Positions 25,389 through 42,882 of a DNA stretch of 64,000 bases are shown here, in pieces. Numbering within the stretch: position 1 is the stretch's first letter; each line of letters begins with the position of its first letter. The translations under genes and the position numbers were made by a program. The DNA is from the human T2T-CHM13v2.0 reference genome, Homo sapiens, in NCBI RefSeq assembly GCF_009914755.1, contig NC_060944.1; one strand, given 5' to 3'. The notes under the pieces were generated by a model that saw nothing but the letters and a program-made list of their open reading frames with translations, did no database searches and was not told the DNA's origin.

Positions 25389-27317
25389 GTTACTTAGCTT
25401 TACAGAAGGATACAGAAAAGGGGATACAGGGAGCTCAACGTCATGTTCTCCTCAGCAAGGCCAGCAGTTACCCAACTGCACAGCCTCGTAGGCCTCAAGT
25501 AGCCCCAGCACTTTTGGGTCACCTTGACACAGAGAAACCACAGCCTTTGCTTTCTGCCATCTTTCTACACTGCTTGAGTCAGTGAGGCCTAGGGCCTGAA
25601 TGCCAACTCAAGATTTTATATTTATCCTGTAGCTCTGCAGAAACAGGGCAATAAGAAGAGAAAGGTCAAGGTCATTCCCAAGCCTACATCAGCCCAGACA
25701 TGATGCTAACCCTTCCACACACGGATGTAATCCTTGTCACTGATAGTTCTAGCTGTTCCTAAGCCTCCGTTCTATGATTCACAGGTGAAACCAGAACCCA
25801 GGGAGGACAGAAGACTTAGAGTTTAGCCTTCCACACTCAATATAAGCTATCTAGAAAGCCCTTTTCAGGGCAATAGTGGAAGGCAAGGATTTGTGCTTGC
25901 CAGAGCTAAGCATTGTTGGGCTATAAAATGGCTTTCTAAATTCCCCAAAGCTTCTCTATACTTATTGGGAAGGTTCCATGGCATCCCATTCTAAGTCATG
26001 GCTTAGGGTGGGATGGACTATGTGTCACCTGGAGGGGATGGGGATGTGGAAACTCTTTCTGGGCTCGGTAAGGATCTATGGGCTGGGGAAGAGGGAACTG
26101 GGGCATTGAGACCTGCTCCCTGGCTGCCCTCTAGATAAAAGTCCAGATGGTTGTAGATGTGTGCGGCTGATGGAGACACCTGGAAACTCCTGAGCAGAGG
26201 GGAGTGCCCTGTTGCCCACCTGGCAGAGGACTCTAGAGTGGCCTGTATAATCAGGGAAAGATCATGATGGAGTAGAAGTAGTGTTGAGGTATGGTTATGC
26301 TGAGAGGCCCTGAGATATCTCTGCCCAGCCCTATTCTAGCCTCTTGTGGACTCTGTACGGCTTAGAGGAGAACCGGGAATATGCCTGTGGTCCCTAGAGA
26401 GGGGCAGGGAAGGGACTGAGAGGCAGCATGCCAGCTGGGGAGTCACCATGATGCCAAGCAAGGGCACGTTCTGTCATCATCCCTGACAGAAGCTGAGGAA
26501 TGGGTAGCCCAAAGTCAGGGGCCAGATTGAGTGAATGGTTGAACCTCATCCAAGAGCCTGCAACCCACCCCCTTCAACAGCTAAGACAGCTTCCCTGTGG
26601 TAGCACCTCCAACTTCAGGGCCTGGCTCAGCCTGGGAGTGACTGAGATTGAGCTTAGTTACCATGTCCCACTGGTCTGGCATCTCTTCTTTGCATTCATG
26701 CCGACCTCTCTTCACCTTACTAATTTCCCATAAGCCCCTGGAGTCAGCATTAATTCCCCTCAATGGTTGATTTAGAGAGGAGCCAAATAGCCCACGTGTT
26801 ATTTTTCTCAGCAACAAATTAAGTTAATGAACAAACCCTGGCCATTCATCTCTGTGATTCTGGCTGGGGAGCTGGAGGCCACAGCACTGTCACCAGCAGC
26901 ACCAACATCACTCCCGTTTTCCTCTAATCAAAACAATATATTCTTCTTCGATGCATTAGAGTTGGGAAGTGGGGAGTGCTGCTGTGGTGGTGAACAGACC
27001 ACCCTCAAAGACTCCAGTCCGATGAAGAGAAATGAATCAATCTTGGCATCATGACAAGTTAATAAGAGAATGCCATCTGCCTCCCCCAGTGGGAGCCCTT
27101 CAGTGCCCAAATCTGTAGCATCTTTTTTTGGTTCTGGCTGGCTAACCAGACTAGGAAGAGTAACTTGGGAGTGGGAAAGAGAAGGGCCTAGGAGCCTGGT
27201 GTTGGACACCTCTAGCGGATGCCCAGTGGCTCTGATTACACCCTGAGGGGAAGCCAAGAGACTCTGGAAGATTGTTGGGGGAGGGGTGGGTAGTACAGGA
27301 TGATTATGTTCTCAACC

Positions 27318-27765
27318 AAGCCTGCCCTTGGGTTGGGTTCCCAGAAACAGGCCAGAGACAAGGATTAGGGTGTAAGTGGTTAAATTGGGAGATGGAGGAA
27401 ACTCCAGTAGACAGAGAAAGGAAGATAGCTAATGAAGAATGTGCTATTAAGTCAGTTCCCATGTGGGCAACTGGGGCTTGAGGCTGCTGGAGAACTCTGG
27501 GAGCCAGTATAGGACACACACCTTAGAGTTTTCCCATGTGAGTGGGGAAGGAGTGGGGTATTTATCCACCATTCCCTGTCCATGATGGTTCGACGGGTGC
27601 GGCTGGGAATGTTAACTCTCAGGCACTCTAAGTTTGCCCTATATGTAGGCTGAGTGGGCTCCCTGACTCAGGAAAGCCTCCAGGCAGTGAGCCACAGGGG
27701 CTTTTAAGGAGCAGCATTTGGTGTGGAGAGATGGACAGGCACTGGCAAATATCTGCTCCATTGTC
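27318..27765 (-). mobile_element. LTR16-family solo LTR
   Basis: gggttgggttcccagaaacaggccagagacaaggattagggtgtaagtggtt... is the reverse of an LTR16 3' end. Confidence 0.7.
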
Positions 27766-28487
27766 CAAGCCAATTCTTCAGCTGGATATCCCTTTGTGTG
27801 ACTTGCTCCCTGCCATTCTCTCAGTCTCTCTGTGTCTGGACCTTGATTTCCTTAAAGTCCTTGCTTCTCCTCCATACGCAGTCACTAGTCATCTTCCTTA
27901 GATTGATCTTTCACTGGGTTTTACCCACAATCTCCCTGGGTCCCTCCTCTCCTGCTGTAACCTCTGATAGCCTAGACCCAAGGGTTCTCAAACTCAGACT
28001 GCAGCAAGTCTTTATGAACACACTGTTCTCTATTCAGACTGATTTAGACTGATCTTATACCTCTCATGGCTCCCCATTTTCTTCAAGATAACACTTAGTT
28101 CTCTTATTCTGGCACCTTCATTTTTAATCCCAATTTCCCTCTTTAGATTTGTGTTTCAGAGCTCTTTTATGTCCCATTCCAGACAGCGTGCCTCAAGCAC
28201 TAAATTTGTAGTTAGCTGACACTGTGTTCTGCCTCATGATGTGCCTGCCAGGAATACCTTTCTTTCCTTCTGTACTTAAGCAGATACTACATGCTTTAGA
28301 GAACTATTCAGACTAGGAATCAAATTGCAGGAGTCAGTGCTGAGCTCTCAGGTCCTGTTTCAAGAGAGACACAGAGAAAGAGAGAGAGAGCCAAAGATAA
28401 TTGAGCATTCTCTGAGATGCACATATTTCCCTGTCAGGGGTGGATACACGAAGACAGCAGAGAAGATATTGAGCCTAAGTCAGATTA

Positions 28488-29022
<535 letters not shown>

Positions 29023-30615
29023 CTATGTATTATTACAAACTCACCCTAAAACCTACCCGGAATAGCATAATTGTTGAGGGTTTGGAGAGTGGGTGAGTAA
29101 GGGGAAAACTTCTGGGTGATATTGATAAGTATTCTTTAAAGATTTTCAAGACCAGCATTCTGAAACAAATTCATAACCTGGATCAGACAGAAGGACTTTT
29201 CTGGAAGAAGAGAATTAAGCATCTGGACAATTTTTATAAACACCCACCTCTGGCTCCAGAGCGGTGAGCTTGCTGCTGATGGTTTTTGGCTGGGCATGAG
29301 CAGTCTGAAGAGAAGCGCACTGTTATGAAGGTCAGGCTAGCCCTGAGCAGAGGAGGAGGAAGAAGGCTTTCTTGCTACCACATCTTGCAGCAAAGGCATG
29401 ATCAGTTTGTTTGAGTGACAAAGCCAGGAGGAGGTTCAGAAGTTGGAGACAGTGTCCAACTTCCTCCCAGTGAGGGGAAACAAGTCCTCGCCTTGAGTTT
29501 TCCCCTTCAGAGGAAGACACACACTCCTCCCCAGGTACAGCATTCCACTGATGGGTGGAAGCCCTGGCCCTTCTCAGCCAAGGCCTTAACAGCAAGCATG
29601 GCGCCTGCTTTTAGGGAGCTGGAGGTCAGATGGAGCAGAGCCCTCACTGTCCTCAGGGACCTCTGGGAATTAGAAACATGGTTGGAAATATTATTTGGAG
29701 ATAAGAGTTTCTGGGAGAAGCCGGGAATTGCCTGTTTTTCCAAAACAAACCCAAGTGAAGCCAGCCTGCAATTTCTAGGCAGCCTTTGGCCTTTGGCAGT
29801 AGTGGGGACCTCTCTCATCTCCAGCAATCTGGATTAAGTAGGACATTTATCTCACTTGTTGGCTGAGGCGTCCCTGCCCCTATACATCAAAATAAACTGG
29901 ACTTAACTCCCAGTTTCACGGCCTCTGATGAAGCATCTTCTAAGTGACTTCTGTGGATTATTGACGGCTGTTTTCCTCATGGTGCTCTTGGTCCTGGTTT
30001 CTGCATCCAAACACCAAATGTCTATCTTGTCCGTATGTTAAAAACCTGGACACATGCAGACCTTTCACTGTTTTTTTTCCCCAAAATGCATCACAACATG
30101 CATCCCATAAAGTTTATTACTCTTATGGAAGGTTTGAGGGATCATGCACCATCTTCAACTAATTTTGAAAGTGTCCCTCCTTCCCCTACCTCTCTCTCTC
30201 CCACTCCCGTCTCTCTCTCTTTTTCCTGCCCCCTCTCAGTAGCCAATAATTCCTTTCCTTGTTTTAGTGAAGTGCTTTTCCTCCTCTCCAGTCTTGGCAT
30301 TTGCTGTCACTCTGCCCATGAGGCTCTGTTCTGGCCCAGCAGGCTTCTTCAGGCAAACCTAAACAAACATAATGTTCACCTGGAGGACTTCTGGTAAATT
30401 CAACTCTCTCCACCTCCTACACTAGAGACAATTCAGCCTACCTGGGAAAGAGATATTTTATCATGAATTAGCCAAATCATCCCTTCCTATTGATAGGAGA
30501 TTTAAAAAGAATAGAAATGATTAACTTTACAAATATCTGAGATGCAGAATCCTCAAATCATCAAAGAAAAAAAAAGAAGGGTTAACATGCAAAGCCTATC
30601 AAAATGTGTTTCAAA

Positions 30616-30945
30616 CCAATGCTTCTCAAAGTTCAACATGCACACAAATCCCCTGAGGATCTTGCTAAATGTAGGCTCTGATTCAACAAAACTGTAGTGA
30701 ATCCTGAGATTCTATAGCTTTCACAAGTTCCCAGGTGTCACTGGCCCACAGACCAATTTAGAATAGCAAAGTTATAGACCAAGGGATTTGAAAGTTGACT
30801 GCTATTGGAATAACCTGGGGAGCTTAAAAGATATCGATGTCTGGACTTACCCCAAGAGTCTCATGTAATTGAGAATGGCTGGGCATTGGTATTTTATAAA
30901 ATTTTCAGGTGTTTTGAGTATATAGCTGAAGTTAAGAATCACTGT
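30616..30945. mobile_element. Two adjacent MER5-family elements
   Basis: caatgcttctcaaagtt...gaatagcaa, then aataacctggggagctt...gttaagaatcactg. Confidence 0.7.
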
Positions 30946-31899
30946 TCTAAAACAGAGCATCAAGCTCATATATTAATATCTGATCTTTTCCTATTTGGAG
31001 TACTTGAGCCTGCACAGAGGTGGACAGGAGGAAAGCACAACCCCTTCCTAAGGGGGACACCAATTGTCACATTCCAAGCAGCCCTCAAGGGCTCTGGGGA
31101 GAACCGGGTAGAAGCCCAGCTTTAGGATTGCTGTGCTGATAGCAAATGATAGTAAATTAAAAGAATATGCTAATCCTTTTAATTAATTAATAAAATGGCA
31201 AATTGAGCTAAAATAAAAAGATTAAAAGGATAAAGTTCTGGATATCTTCAATAAGCTAAAAAGAAAAAAATTTTAAAGAATAAAGTGATAAAATGGTAAA
31301 ATAAAGTGGTATAACTTGATATAATGAAAAAGCAAATAGGACATATTTGATACAATAAGATGAATGTTTATGATTAAAAATTAAGCTACCATATACTCTT
31401 AGGTTGAATATAAGAAATAGCCAATATTTGATCTCATATGACCTAACGAAATGGCAATTTCATGCACCTGCAAAATAACAAAATGATGAAAAACTAGAAG
31501 ATTTAATGATAAAGCAAAATAAGGTTAAATGCTAAGAATTAGCCTCAGGAAGAAGTCCCTTGGGCAGCCCTCTGTGCATTGATGAGAACAGTGTCCTGGC
31601 CTGAGTGCCTATGAGGGCAAGATCCTTCCAACTGGGTCTCGCTGAGGCTTGGGATTTGGGGGTGACACGATCCCCAGGGCAGAAAGCTCTTGGCATTGGC
31701 CATCTGGTACTTGAGTGTGTGTCTTGAGATCCTTGCCAAGACCTTTAACTGCTCTCAGAAAGCATCCCCAGGTGGCTTTTGTTCCTAACAGGTAGCAAGT
31801 TCTTTAGCTCAACTCATTGGAAAACAGCCTACAGACTGCTAAGATTCTTATTAGAGACTTGGAGAAGGGTACTGCTGGCAGGCTGGTCAGATTCGCAGA

Positions 31900-32020
31900 T
31901 TCAATTCCATTTATTAAACATTTATTAAATTTCTCCTCTGTGCCAGGCCCTGTGGTAGGTGCTGAAATATGGCAGTCAACAGGAGATTAGAGAGTGCTGC
32001 GTTTAAGGTCTGGTAGCTTA
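31900..32020 (-). mobile_element. L2 3'-end fragment
   Basis: aaacatttattaaatttctcctctgtgccaggccctgtggtaggtgctg. Confidence 0.7.
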
Positions 32021-32044
32021 GGGCCCTGGAATGGAGCGAGGGGG

Positions 32045-32225
32045 TGTTACAGGTTGGGGTCCCCTAGAAGTGGAATCTGAGATGAGGTTTAGCATGTGGA
32101 TCTATTGGAGATCTGGGGATCAAATCCTGGGGCACTGGGAGAAACTGGGCTGCAATGGAATCCCAATAAAGGCCTCAGTTCTCCCTAAATGGAGCTCTGG
32201 TGCTGGGATGGCTCTTCTGAGTTTT
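32045..32225 (-). mobile_element. LTR33-like ERVL LTR fragment
   Basis: tctgagatgaggtttagcatg...ggagctctggtgctgggatggctcttctgagtt. Confidence 0.5.
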
Positions 32226-32259
32226 TCACATTGCATGGAGTGTACTGAGCCTTGCTCTT

Positions 32260-32702
32260 CCCTCATTGAAACAACGCATGAAACAAAATACTTAGATTAC
32301 AATTATAGATATATAGATATATTAGAAAACTAAATTTGTGATGTAGTACTCTATGTGTTTCTTTAATGACCCATTAAAGAATCAGATCTAGCAGTGTATC
32401 AAATAACTCTTGCATTTTCAAAGTCGTGCTGAACACAAATGACACCTACGGAAGATATCTATGAGTGTCATGAAATGTGAAAAAAAGTGTGATTTCTATA
32501 TGTAACAAAGCTTCAGGTATTGCTAACACCACTGTGGTTTGTTACTTACATTACATAACTGAAGGAGGTGCTAAGTGTTGGTTCACATTAGTTAACTAAA
32601 TATTAGTTTAGTTAAATGTTAGTTAACTTTTTCTCACCAGGTTCAAAGATTCCCTAAATTCTATCTACATTCAGCCTGAGGATACCAGCATAAAGATCCC
32701 TG
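32260..32702. mobile_element. hAT-Charlie (Charlie4-like) fragment
   Basis: aggtattgctaacaccactgtggtttgttacttacatt...ccctaaattctatc. Confidence 0.55.
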
Positions 32703-32908
32703 GAGTGACTATAGCAGGGAGTTGGCAGCCAACAAGGCTGAGGACCACTTATGGGGTCAGATGTCAAAGGGCTCATGCCATGGGTGGCGGGGTGGGGAGT
32801 CTCTAACATTCCCCAACCCTCCATAACTTTATACTCCTTCCTCTGGCATTCAAGGAACTTTCATTTTAATCTGACACGAAACCGTCATCCCAACCAGGAA
32901 GAAGCTTT

Positions 32909-33350
32909 CTGTTTTTTGTTTTTTTGTTTTTCTTTTTTTATTATTATACTTTAAGTTCGGGGATACCTGTGCAGAATGTGCAGCTTTGTTACATGTGTAT
33001 ACATGTGCCATGGTGGTTTGCTGCACCCATCAACCCATCATCTACATTAGGTATTTCTCCTAATGCTATCCCTCCCCTTGCCCCTCACCCCCTGACAGGC
33101 CCTGGTGTGTGATGTTCCCCTCCCTGGGTCCATGTGTTCTCATTGTTCAACTCCCACTTACGAGTGAGAACATGTGGTATTTGGTTTTCTGTTCCAGTGT
33201 TAGTTTGCTGAGAATGATGGTTTCCAGCTTCATCCATAGCAAAGACTTGGAACCAACTCAAATCAATGAGAGACTGGATAAAGGAAATGTGGCAATACAC
33301 ACTGTGGAATACTATGCAGCCATAAAAAGAATGAGTTCGTGTCCTTTGCA
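32909..33350 (-). mobile_element. 5'-truncated, 5'-inverted L1PA (PA6-8-like)
   Basis: Antisense 3' end 32909-33237 plus a sense segment 33236-33352; TSD ggaagaag(c/g)ttt. Confidence 0.9.
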
Positions 33351-33726
33351 GGAAGAAGGTTTTAAATAAAATAGCCTCAAGTTGTTTTTCCTGCCATTTG
33401 CTACTATTATCCCAGAGAACTGTTCTATTGGGAGGGTTTACCAAGGGGCAGAATTAAAAGCTTTGGGTAAGGACGAAGTTAGAACTGAAGTCTAGAACGT
33501 GCTACCATGTTGGGAGAGGATGTGAACCTAAGGCACATCTTCACCACCTTTACCCAGCATGTATTGTTCATTCAAAAACAGAGGAATATATTCCAGACTT
33601 AAGGACTATTAAGTTTTGGGGACTTTATACCCCATTTCTTTTTCTTATGAAGTTGACAATGTTTAATAGAGTTGTACTGATAACAGAAAATGACCTGATT
33701 TTATATCTGACATTTTTCAAACCTAG

Positions 33727-34163
33727 TGTGATAAAGTGAATCATTGGTCTCAATTCTCCCCTTCCTGTTCTGCACATTCATTCCTTTGTTATGGTGTTAT
33801 GTTGGGTAGATTGTATTCCCTAATCCCTTGACTTTGAGCCCAATTATGTGACCTTCTTTGGCCAATGAGATGTTAGCAGATAGGACATAAACCGAGGCTT
33901 GAAATATACTTGTGTGTTGGATTTATCTTCTTGTGCTCTTGCTTTTTGCCACGAGAATATACCCTGGGTAACTGCTGGACAAGGAAAATATGGAGACAAA
34001 AAGAGCAGATCTGGGTCTGGCCTATACCTTGGAACCAAGTCCAGCTGAGCCTGGATTAGATTAGGCAAGCCAGCCAACTTGCACATGTGTTAGCCGGAGA
34101 ATCAGTGCTTGTTATTCTATGCCACTGAATTTGGGAGATGGTTTTTATTGCAGCATGATTGTA
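33727..34163 (+). mobile_element. MLT1G/H-like LTR
   Basis: cccttgactttgagcccaattatgtgaccttctttggccaatgagatgttagcag...tatgccactga...gctgactagtataca. Confidence 0.75.
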
Positions 34164-35174
34164 GATAGAGCTGACTAGTATACAAGAAGCGTCATATTTT
34201 CAAGGCTTTATGGTTAGTAATAAACTTAATTTACCCATTGCTTAAAATTCTGCATAAGAAGTTTGCTTTAAAAAAGAGATGGCTATTAGTTTATTTAAGT
34301 TTAATATTTATTTTTTCCAGATTCTGGCTGTTGGCCACTTGAGATATTACTGTACATTGGACACACACAAACTGAGGTGACTCAAGGGTAAGTGGTGGGA
34401 TGTTGGTGAGATTAAGTAGGGAAGGCTATTATAGATTTAACTCAATTAAATTCAGCAAATTATATATATATTTCCTACTGTATGCAAGGTGCTTTTATAG
34501 GTACTAGAGACACATCGATAGAAATCTCTGCCTTCATAGAGCTTTTCTTCTAGTGGTCATTCACTAGATATAGGGATCATCTCGTTCCGTAGCAGAAGAG
34601 GGTTCTTGGCACCAAACCATGGATTATGAGAGCAAAAGTGACACAAAGAATCAGGAAAGGTCACACTCACTGAGCCTTTATTCTCTGGAAAGAACTATTT
34701 ACTGTGAAGAGAAAACATAAGGAATGAATGACAGCCTGGGAAATAAGTAGCAATGAGTTTCATTCAAAATGGGGAAAGAATTCCATCTACCAAGAGGGAA
34801 ACATAAAACTGTAAAAATGAAGTCAAATCAGGGGGAGGAAGTGGCTTTTTTCTTGCCAGGAGTTTATCTAAGGGCCAAGAAGAGAAAGAGAAATAGATTT
34901 CAAATTTTAATGAACAATTACAGTCTCTTCCTCCTAGGTAGGACTGATTTTCTAAGCCGGTCAGAGATTCTCCTCTATTGCTAACTGTACATGCATCCTC
35001 AAACGTCCTCTGCTTCTTCCAGGTTCCTTTTCCTTGAAGAGTTGTTAAGGGGTCATCGGAAGTCTTGGTGATCCATCTAAACTATCCACTCTACTGGGTA
35101 GTCCTAGTGTTGATTCTGACCTTGTTTGGCACTCATCCCAAGATATTTGCAGAAGATGTGAAAAAGCCAGGCAG

Positions 35175-35875
<701 letters not shown>

Positions 35876-35904
35876 AGTGGAGAAAGTGGATTTGGGGGAT
35901 GAAT

Positions 35905-36206
35905 TAGTAATAATAGATTAGGCTATGCTGTGGTCCATATAAACCCTAATATCTCAGTGTCTTGACCCAACTAAGGTTTATTTCTCACTCAGGAACCTCA
36001 GTTGACAGGTGCTTCACCATCCCTCTGCTGATTGCTGGAACATGGGGCCTTCAAGACAGCTGTTAAGAGGGGAAGAGAGGAGGACATGAGGCAGAACACC
36101 AACTCCTAAATGCTGACTTCTAAATGCTTACGACTGACATCCCTCATTTCTGCTCTTAGTCCCTTGGCCAGAACTAGTCCCATGGTTTCTACCTAACTAC
36201 CAGACA
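35905..36206 (-). mobile_element. Old MLT1 LTR fragment
   Basis: ggctatgctgtgg...aaggtttatttctcactc...ttggccagaactagtcccatgg. Confidence 0.55.
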
Positions 36207-37099
36207 GCCTGGAAAATGTGGAAAAGCATTTTATTATTACAAGTGGGAAATAAATGTCTCTGCCACTTATTGGGGTTAATACTTGAATTCATTTAAAGAG
36301 TTGTATACAATGACTAATTGCTACAGCATGCTGAAGTTTTGATTGAGCACTTTGTCAGCATTTAACATTCCTCTCTTCCCCCACAGGCTTATTTGTGGCT
36401 TGGAGCCTCCGTGTCCTTCTAGCCCCGTCAATCTGTGGTTTTCTCTGTGTATCCACAGTCTTGAAGAAAAGCCCTGGGCACTGGCGCTAGGTTTTCCCAT
36501 TTGACACAGAGGAGGCCTCCCTTTAAACGACAATAAAAATAGCCTCCATTTATGTTGCTGTTTCTTTCCCTTTGTCTCTTCTACTAAAGGAGCCAATTAA
36601 ACAAAATGTGTGCTTTCGGCGCCTGTTCTGTATTCACTTTAAGATTTAATCAACCCTCTGAACCTGCAGCATAACTGCCTCATAATGTCAAGTTAATATA
36701 TTGAGATCAGCTCAAACCCACCATTCCCAAGGGTGGTTTTGTTTAAAGGCAAGTTGTAATTGAATTTCTAAGCAACTGCCAAGCTTTCAAGGTACCAAAA
36801 TAAACATTATCCAAACAGAAACTTATCCTGGAATCTTTGGTTAACTTATGTGTACTTTAAGAAAACAGAGGTTTTCAGAATTTAAAAAAAAAAAAGTAAG
36901 CTGAACTCTTTGAAGTCCCTTCAAAACTTAATCGCTATTACCTTCCCCCACCCCCATTTCTTGAGGCACTCACAGCTGAATACCCAATCAGGTAAATCAG
37001 CAGCTGAGTATTCACTAAAACACAGCTTTCTTTGCTTTACAGGAAACTGTCCTTCAGGCTCCTTTGACTTTTGGGCTCTTTCGTTGCTCAGCTAAATAT

Positions 37100-38900
<1,801 letters not shown>

Positions 38901-41134
38901 GGAAGGGGTCAGGGATGGATATAAGTAATATTTGAAGAAAGTAGGCTTATTTTCAAATTTGGGGTATGTTAGCATTTTACTGCTGGACTGTCTATGCATT
39001 TCATTATTGGAGTATCTTAACACAAACATTTGAAAACCTCTTTTCTGAAATGCAATACACGTATCATAAATTTCACCCACTGAAAGTGTACAATTGAGTG
39101 ATTTTCAGTATATTCACAAGGTTGTGCAACCATCAATGCAATGTAAGCTTAGAACATATTCATCACCCCCCAAAAAAACTTCATGCCCATTAACAGTCAC
39201 TCCTCATTCCCCTACAACCTCTCCCCAGTCTAAGGCAACCACAAATCTTTTTGTGTTTATAGATTTGCCTATTCTGCACATTTCATTTAAATAGAATCAT
39301 ACATTATGCAGTATTTTGTGACTGGCTTCTTTCACTTGGCATGTTTTCAAGGATGTACACGGTTTTCAAGTATGTTTTCTTTCGCTTAGTGTGGATTGTA
39401 CTTAATTCCTATTTATTGCCAAATAATGTTTTATTGTATGGGTAAACTGTATATTGTTTAATCTGTTCATCAGTTAATGGACATTTGGCCTGTTTCTAGT
39501 TTTTGGATATTATGAATAATGCTGCTATAATCATTCATGAACAAATTTTGGCAGGGATGTATATTTTTATTTCTCTTGGGTATATACTTGGAGTAAAATT
39601 GCTGGGGGATATGGTTACTCTATGCTTAGCATTTTGGGGAATTGTCAAACTGTTTCCACAGTGGCTGCACCATTTTACATTCCCCCCAACAGTACAAAAG
39701 CGTTCCAATTTCTCCACATCTTTGCCAACACTTGTTATTACCAATCTCTTTGATTATAGCTAGCCTAGTGGGCATGAATGGTATCTCATTATAGTTTTAA
39801 TTTTTCATTTCTCTAATGACTAATGATGTTGAGCATCTTTTGTATATACGTATTGTTCATTTGCATATCTTCTTTGGAGAAATGTCTTTCAAATCTCTTA
39901 CCAATCTTTCAACTGGGAAGTGTCTTTCACAGTGTACAAATTTTTAATTTTAATAAAATTTAGCATATCAATTCTTTTTTTCAACAGATTGTGCCTTTGG
40001 TGTTTATCAAAAAGTCATCATCAGACATCATCTAGATTTTCTCCTGTGTTATCTTCTAGGAGTTTTATAGTTTTGCATTTTACATTTAGGTCTGTGATCA
40101 ATTCTGAGTTAATTTTTGTGACAGGTATAAGGTCTGTCTCTAGCTTCATGTTTGTTTTTTTTTTTTTAAATGAATGGCCAGTTGTGTTAGCACCATTTGT
40201 TGAAAACACTCTTTTCTTCATTGTGTTGCCTTTACTCTTTTGTCAAGGATTAGTTTCAGTCAGATTTTCTTATTTTAATGTCTAAGGGATCTGCAGTGAT
40301 GTTTCATCTTTCATTTCTGATATTATAAATTTGTGTCCTCTTTGTTTGTTCTTATTCTAAGGGCTAAAGAATTTTATTGATATTTAAAAATAAACAGCTT
40401 TTGGTTTCATTGATTTTCCTTATTGATGTTCTGTTCTCAGTTTCATTGATTTCTGCTTTGATTTTATTATTTCTTTTCTTTTGCCTACTTTGGGTTTAAT
40501 TTGCTGTGTTTTTCTTTTTTCTAAGGTGGAAGCTTAGATTATGGATTTCAGATTTTTATTCTTTTCTAATGTATGTATTCAGTGCTATAAATTACTAACT
40601 AAGCACTTCTTTTACCACATCTTACAAATTTTGATAAGTGGTGTTTTCATTTTCATTTTGTTCAAAGTACTTTTAAATTTCTCTTGAGACTTCTTTTTTG
40701 ACCTATGTGTTATTTGGAAGTGTGTTGTTTAATCTTTAATTGTTTTGAGATTTCCTAGCTATCCTTCTTTTATTGATTTCTACTTTAATTCCATTTGGTA
40801 TGGAATGAAAGCAGACATGGTATGATTTTTATTCTCTTAAATTCGTTAAGGGGTGTTTTGTGGCCCAGAATGTGGTCTATCTTGGTGAATGTTCCCTATG
40901 AATTTGAGAAGAATTAGTGTTTTGTTGTTGTTGTCTGAAGTAGTCTATAGATGTACATTATGTCTAATTGATTGGTGGTAGTGTGAATTAAACAATGTCC
41001 TTACTGATTTTTTTGCCTGCTGGATATGTCCATTTCTACTAGAGAGGTGTTGAAGTCTTCAACTATAAAAGTAAATTTATCTATTTCTCCTTGCAGCTCT
41101 ATCAGTTTTTGCCTCACGTATTTTGATGCTCTTT

Positions 41135-41423
<289 letters not shown>

Positions 41424-41917
41424 TTTGATGCCCTTTTGTTAGGTGCAGTGACGTTAAGGATTGTTATAATTTCTTAGAGAGTTGACTCCTTTATCATTTT
41501 GTAATGTCTCTTCTTCATCTCTGATAACTTTCCTTGCTCTGGAGTCTGCTCTGTCTGAAATTAATTTAGCTACTCCCACCTTCTTTTGATTGATGTTAGC
41601 ATGGTGTATGTTTTTCCATCCCTTTAGTTTTAATCTATATGTGTCTTTATACTTAAAAAGAGTTTCTTGTACATAACTTATAGTTGAGTCTTGTTTTTCT
41701 CACTCTGATAATCTCTGTCTTTTAATTGATATATTCAGACCATTAATGTTTGATGTGATTATTGATATAGTTGGGTTAATATCTACCATATTTGTTACTG
41801 TTTTCCGTTTATTGCCATTATTCTTTGTTCCTATATTTGTCTTCCACTCTTTTCCTTCTTTTTGTGGTTTTAATTGAACATTTTATAATTCTGTTTTCTT
41901 TCTTTTTAAAACAATGT

Positions 41918-42093
41918 CAGACAATTGACTTTGTGGACTTGGGGGAAAGAGTGGGAGGGGGGTGAGGGATAAAAGTCTACAAATAGGGTGCAGTGTATAG
42001 TGCTTGGGTGACGGGTGCACCAAAATCTCACAAATCACCACTAAAGGACTTACTCATGTAACCAAACACGAATAACCTATGGAAAAAAAAAGA
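41918..42093 (+). mobile_element. Short L1PB-like 3' end inserted into the older L1
   Basis: ggtgagggataaaag...gggtgcaccaaaatctcacaaatcaccactaaag...aacctatggaaaaaaaaa. Confidence 0.85.
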
Positions 42094-42539
42094 ATATGTT
42101 ATACTTCTTTTTTTAAACTTATTTCTTCTTTTACATTTTTAAGTTGTTATCCTAGAGTTTTCCATATACATTTACAACTAATCCAATTCTCTTTCAAATG
42201 TCATGATACCACTTTATGAGAATTACAAATACTTTATAACAAAATTATCCCAATTCCTTCCTCCCATTCCTTGTGACATTGCTGTCATTTGTTTCACTTA
42301 TACATAATCAAATCCATTATTACTGTTATTATTTAGAGCAAACTGTTATCTGTTCGATCAATTAAGACTAAGAAAAATAAAAGTTTTGTTTTGCTTTTAC
42401 TTATTTCCTCTCTAATATTCTTCCTTTCTTTATGTAGATCCAAATTTCCGAATTATATTATTGTCCTTCTCTTTAAAGAACTTCTTTAAACATTTCTTGT
42501 AAGGCAGGTCTACTGACAATAGAGTCCCTCCATTTTTAA

Positions 42540-42882
<343 letters not shown>

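Noticed and set aside
40021-40221. ORF with L1 ORF2-like peptide (KINSELITDLNVKCKTIKLLEDNTGENL); similar at 39535 and 46485
   Set aside because: Short relics of dead L1 ORF1/ORF2, not functional CDS
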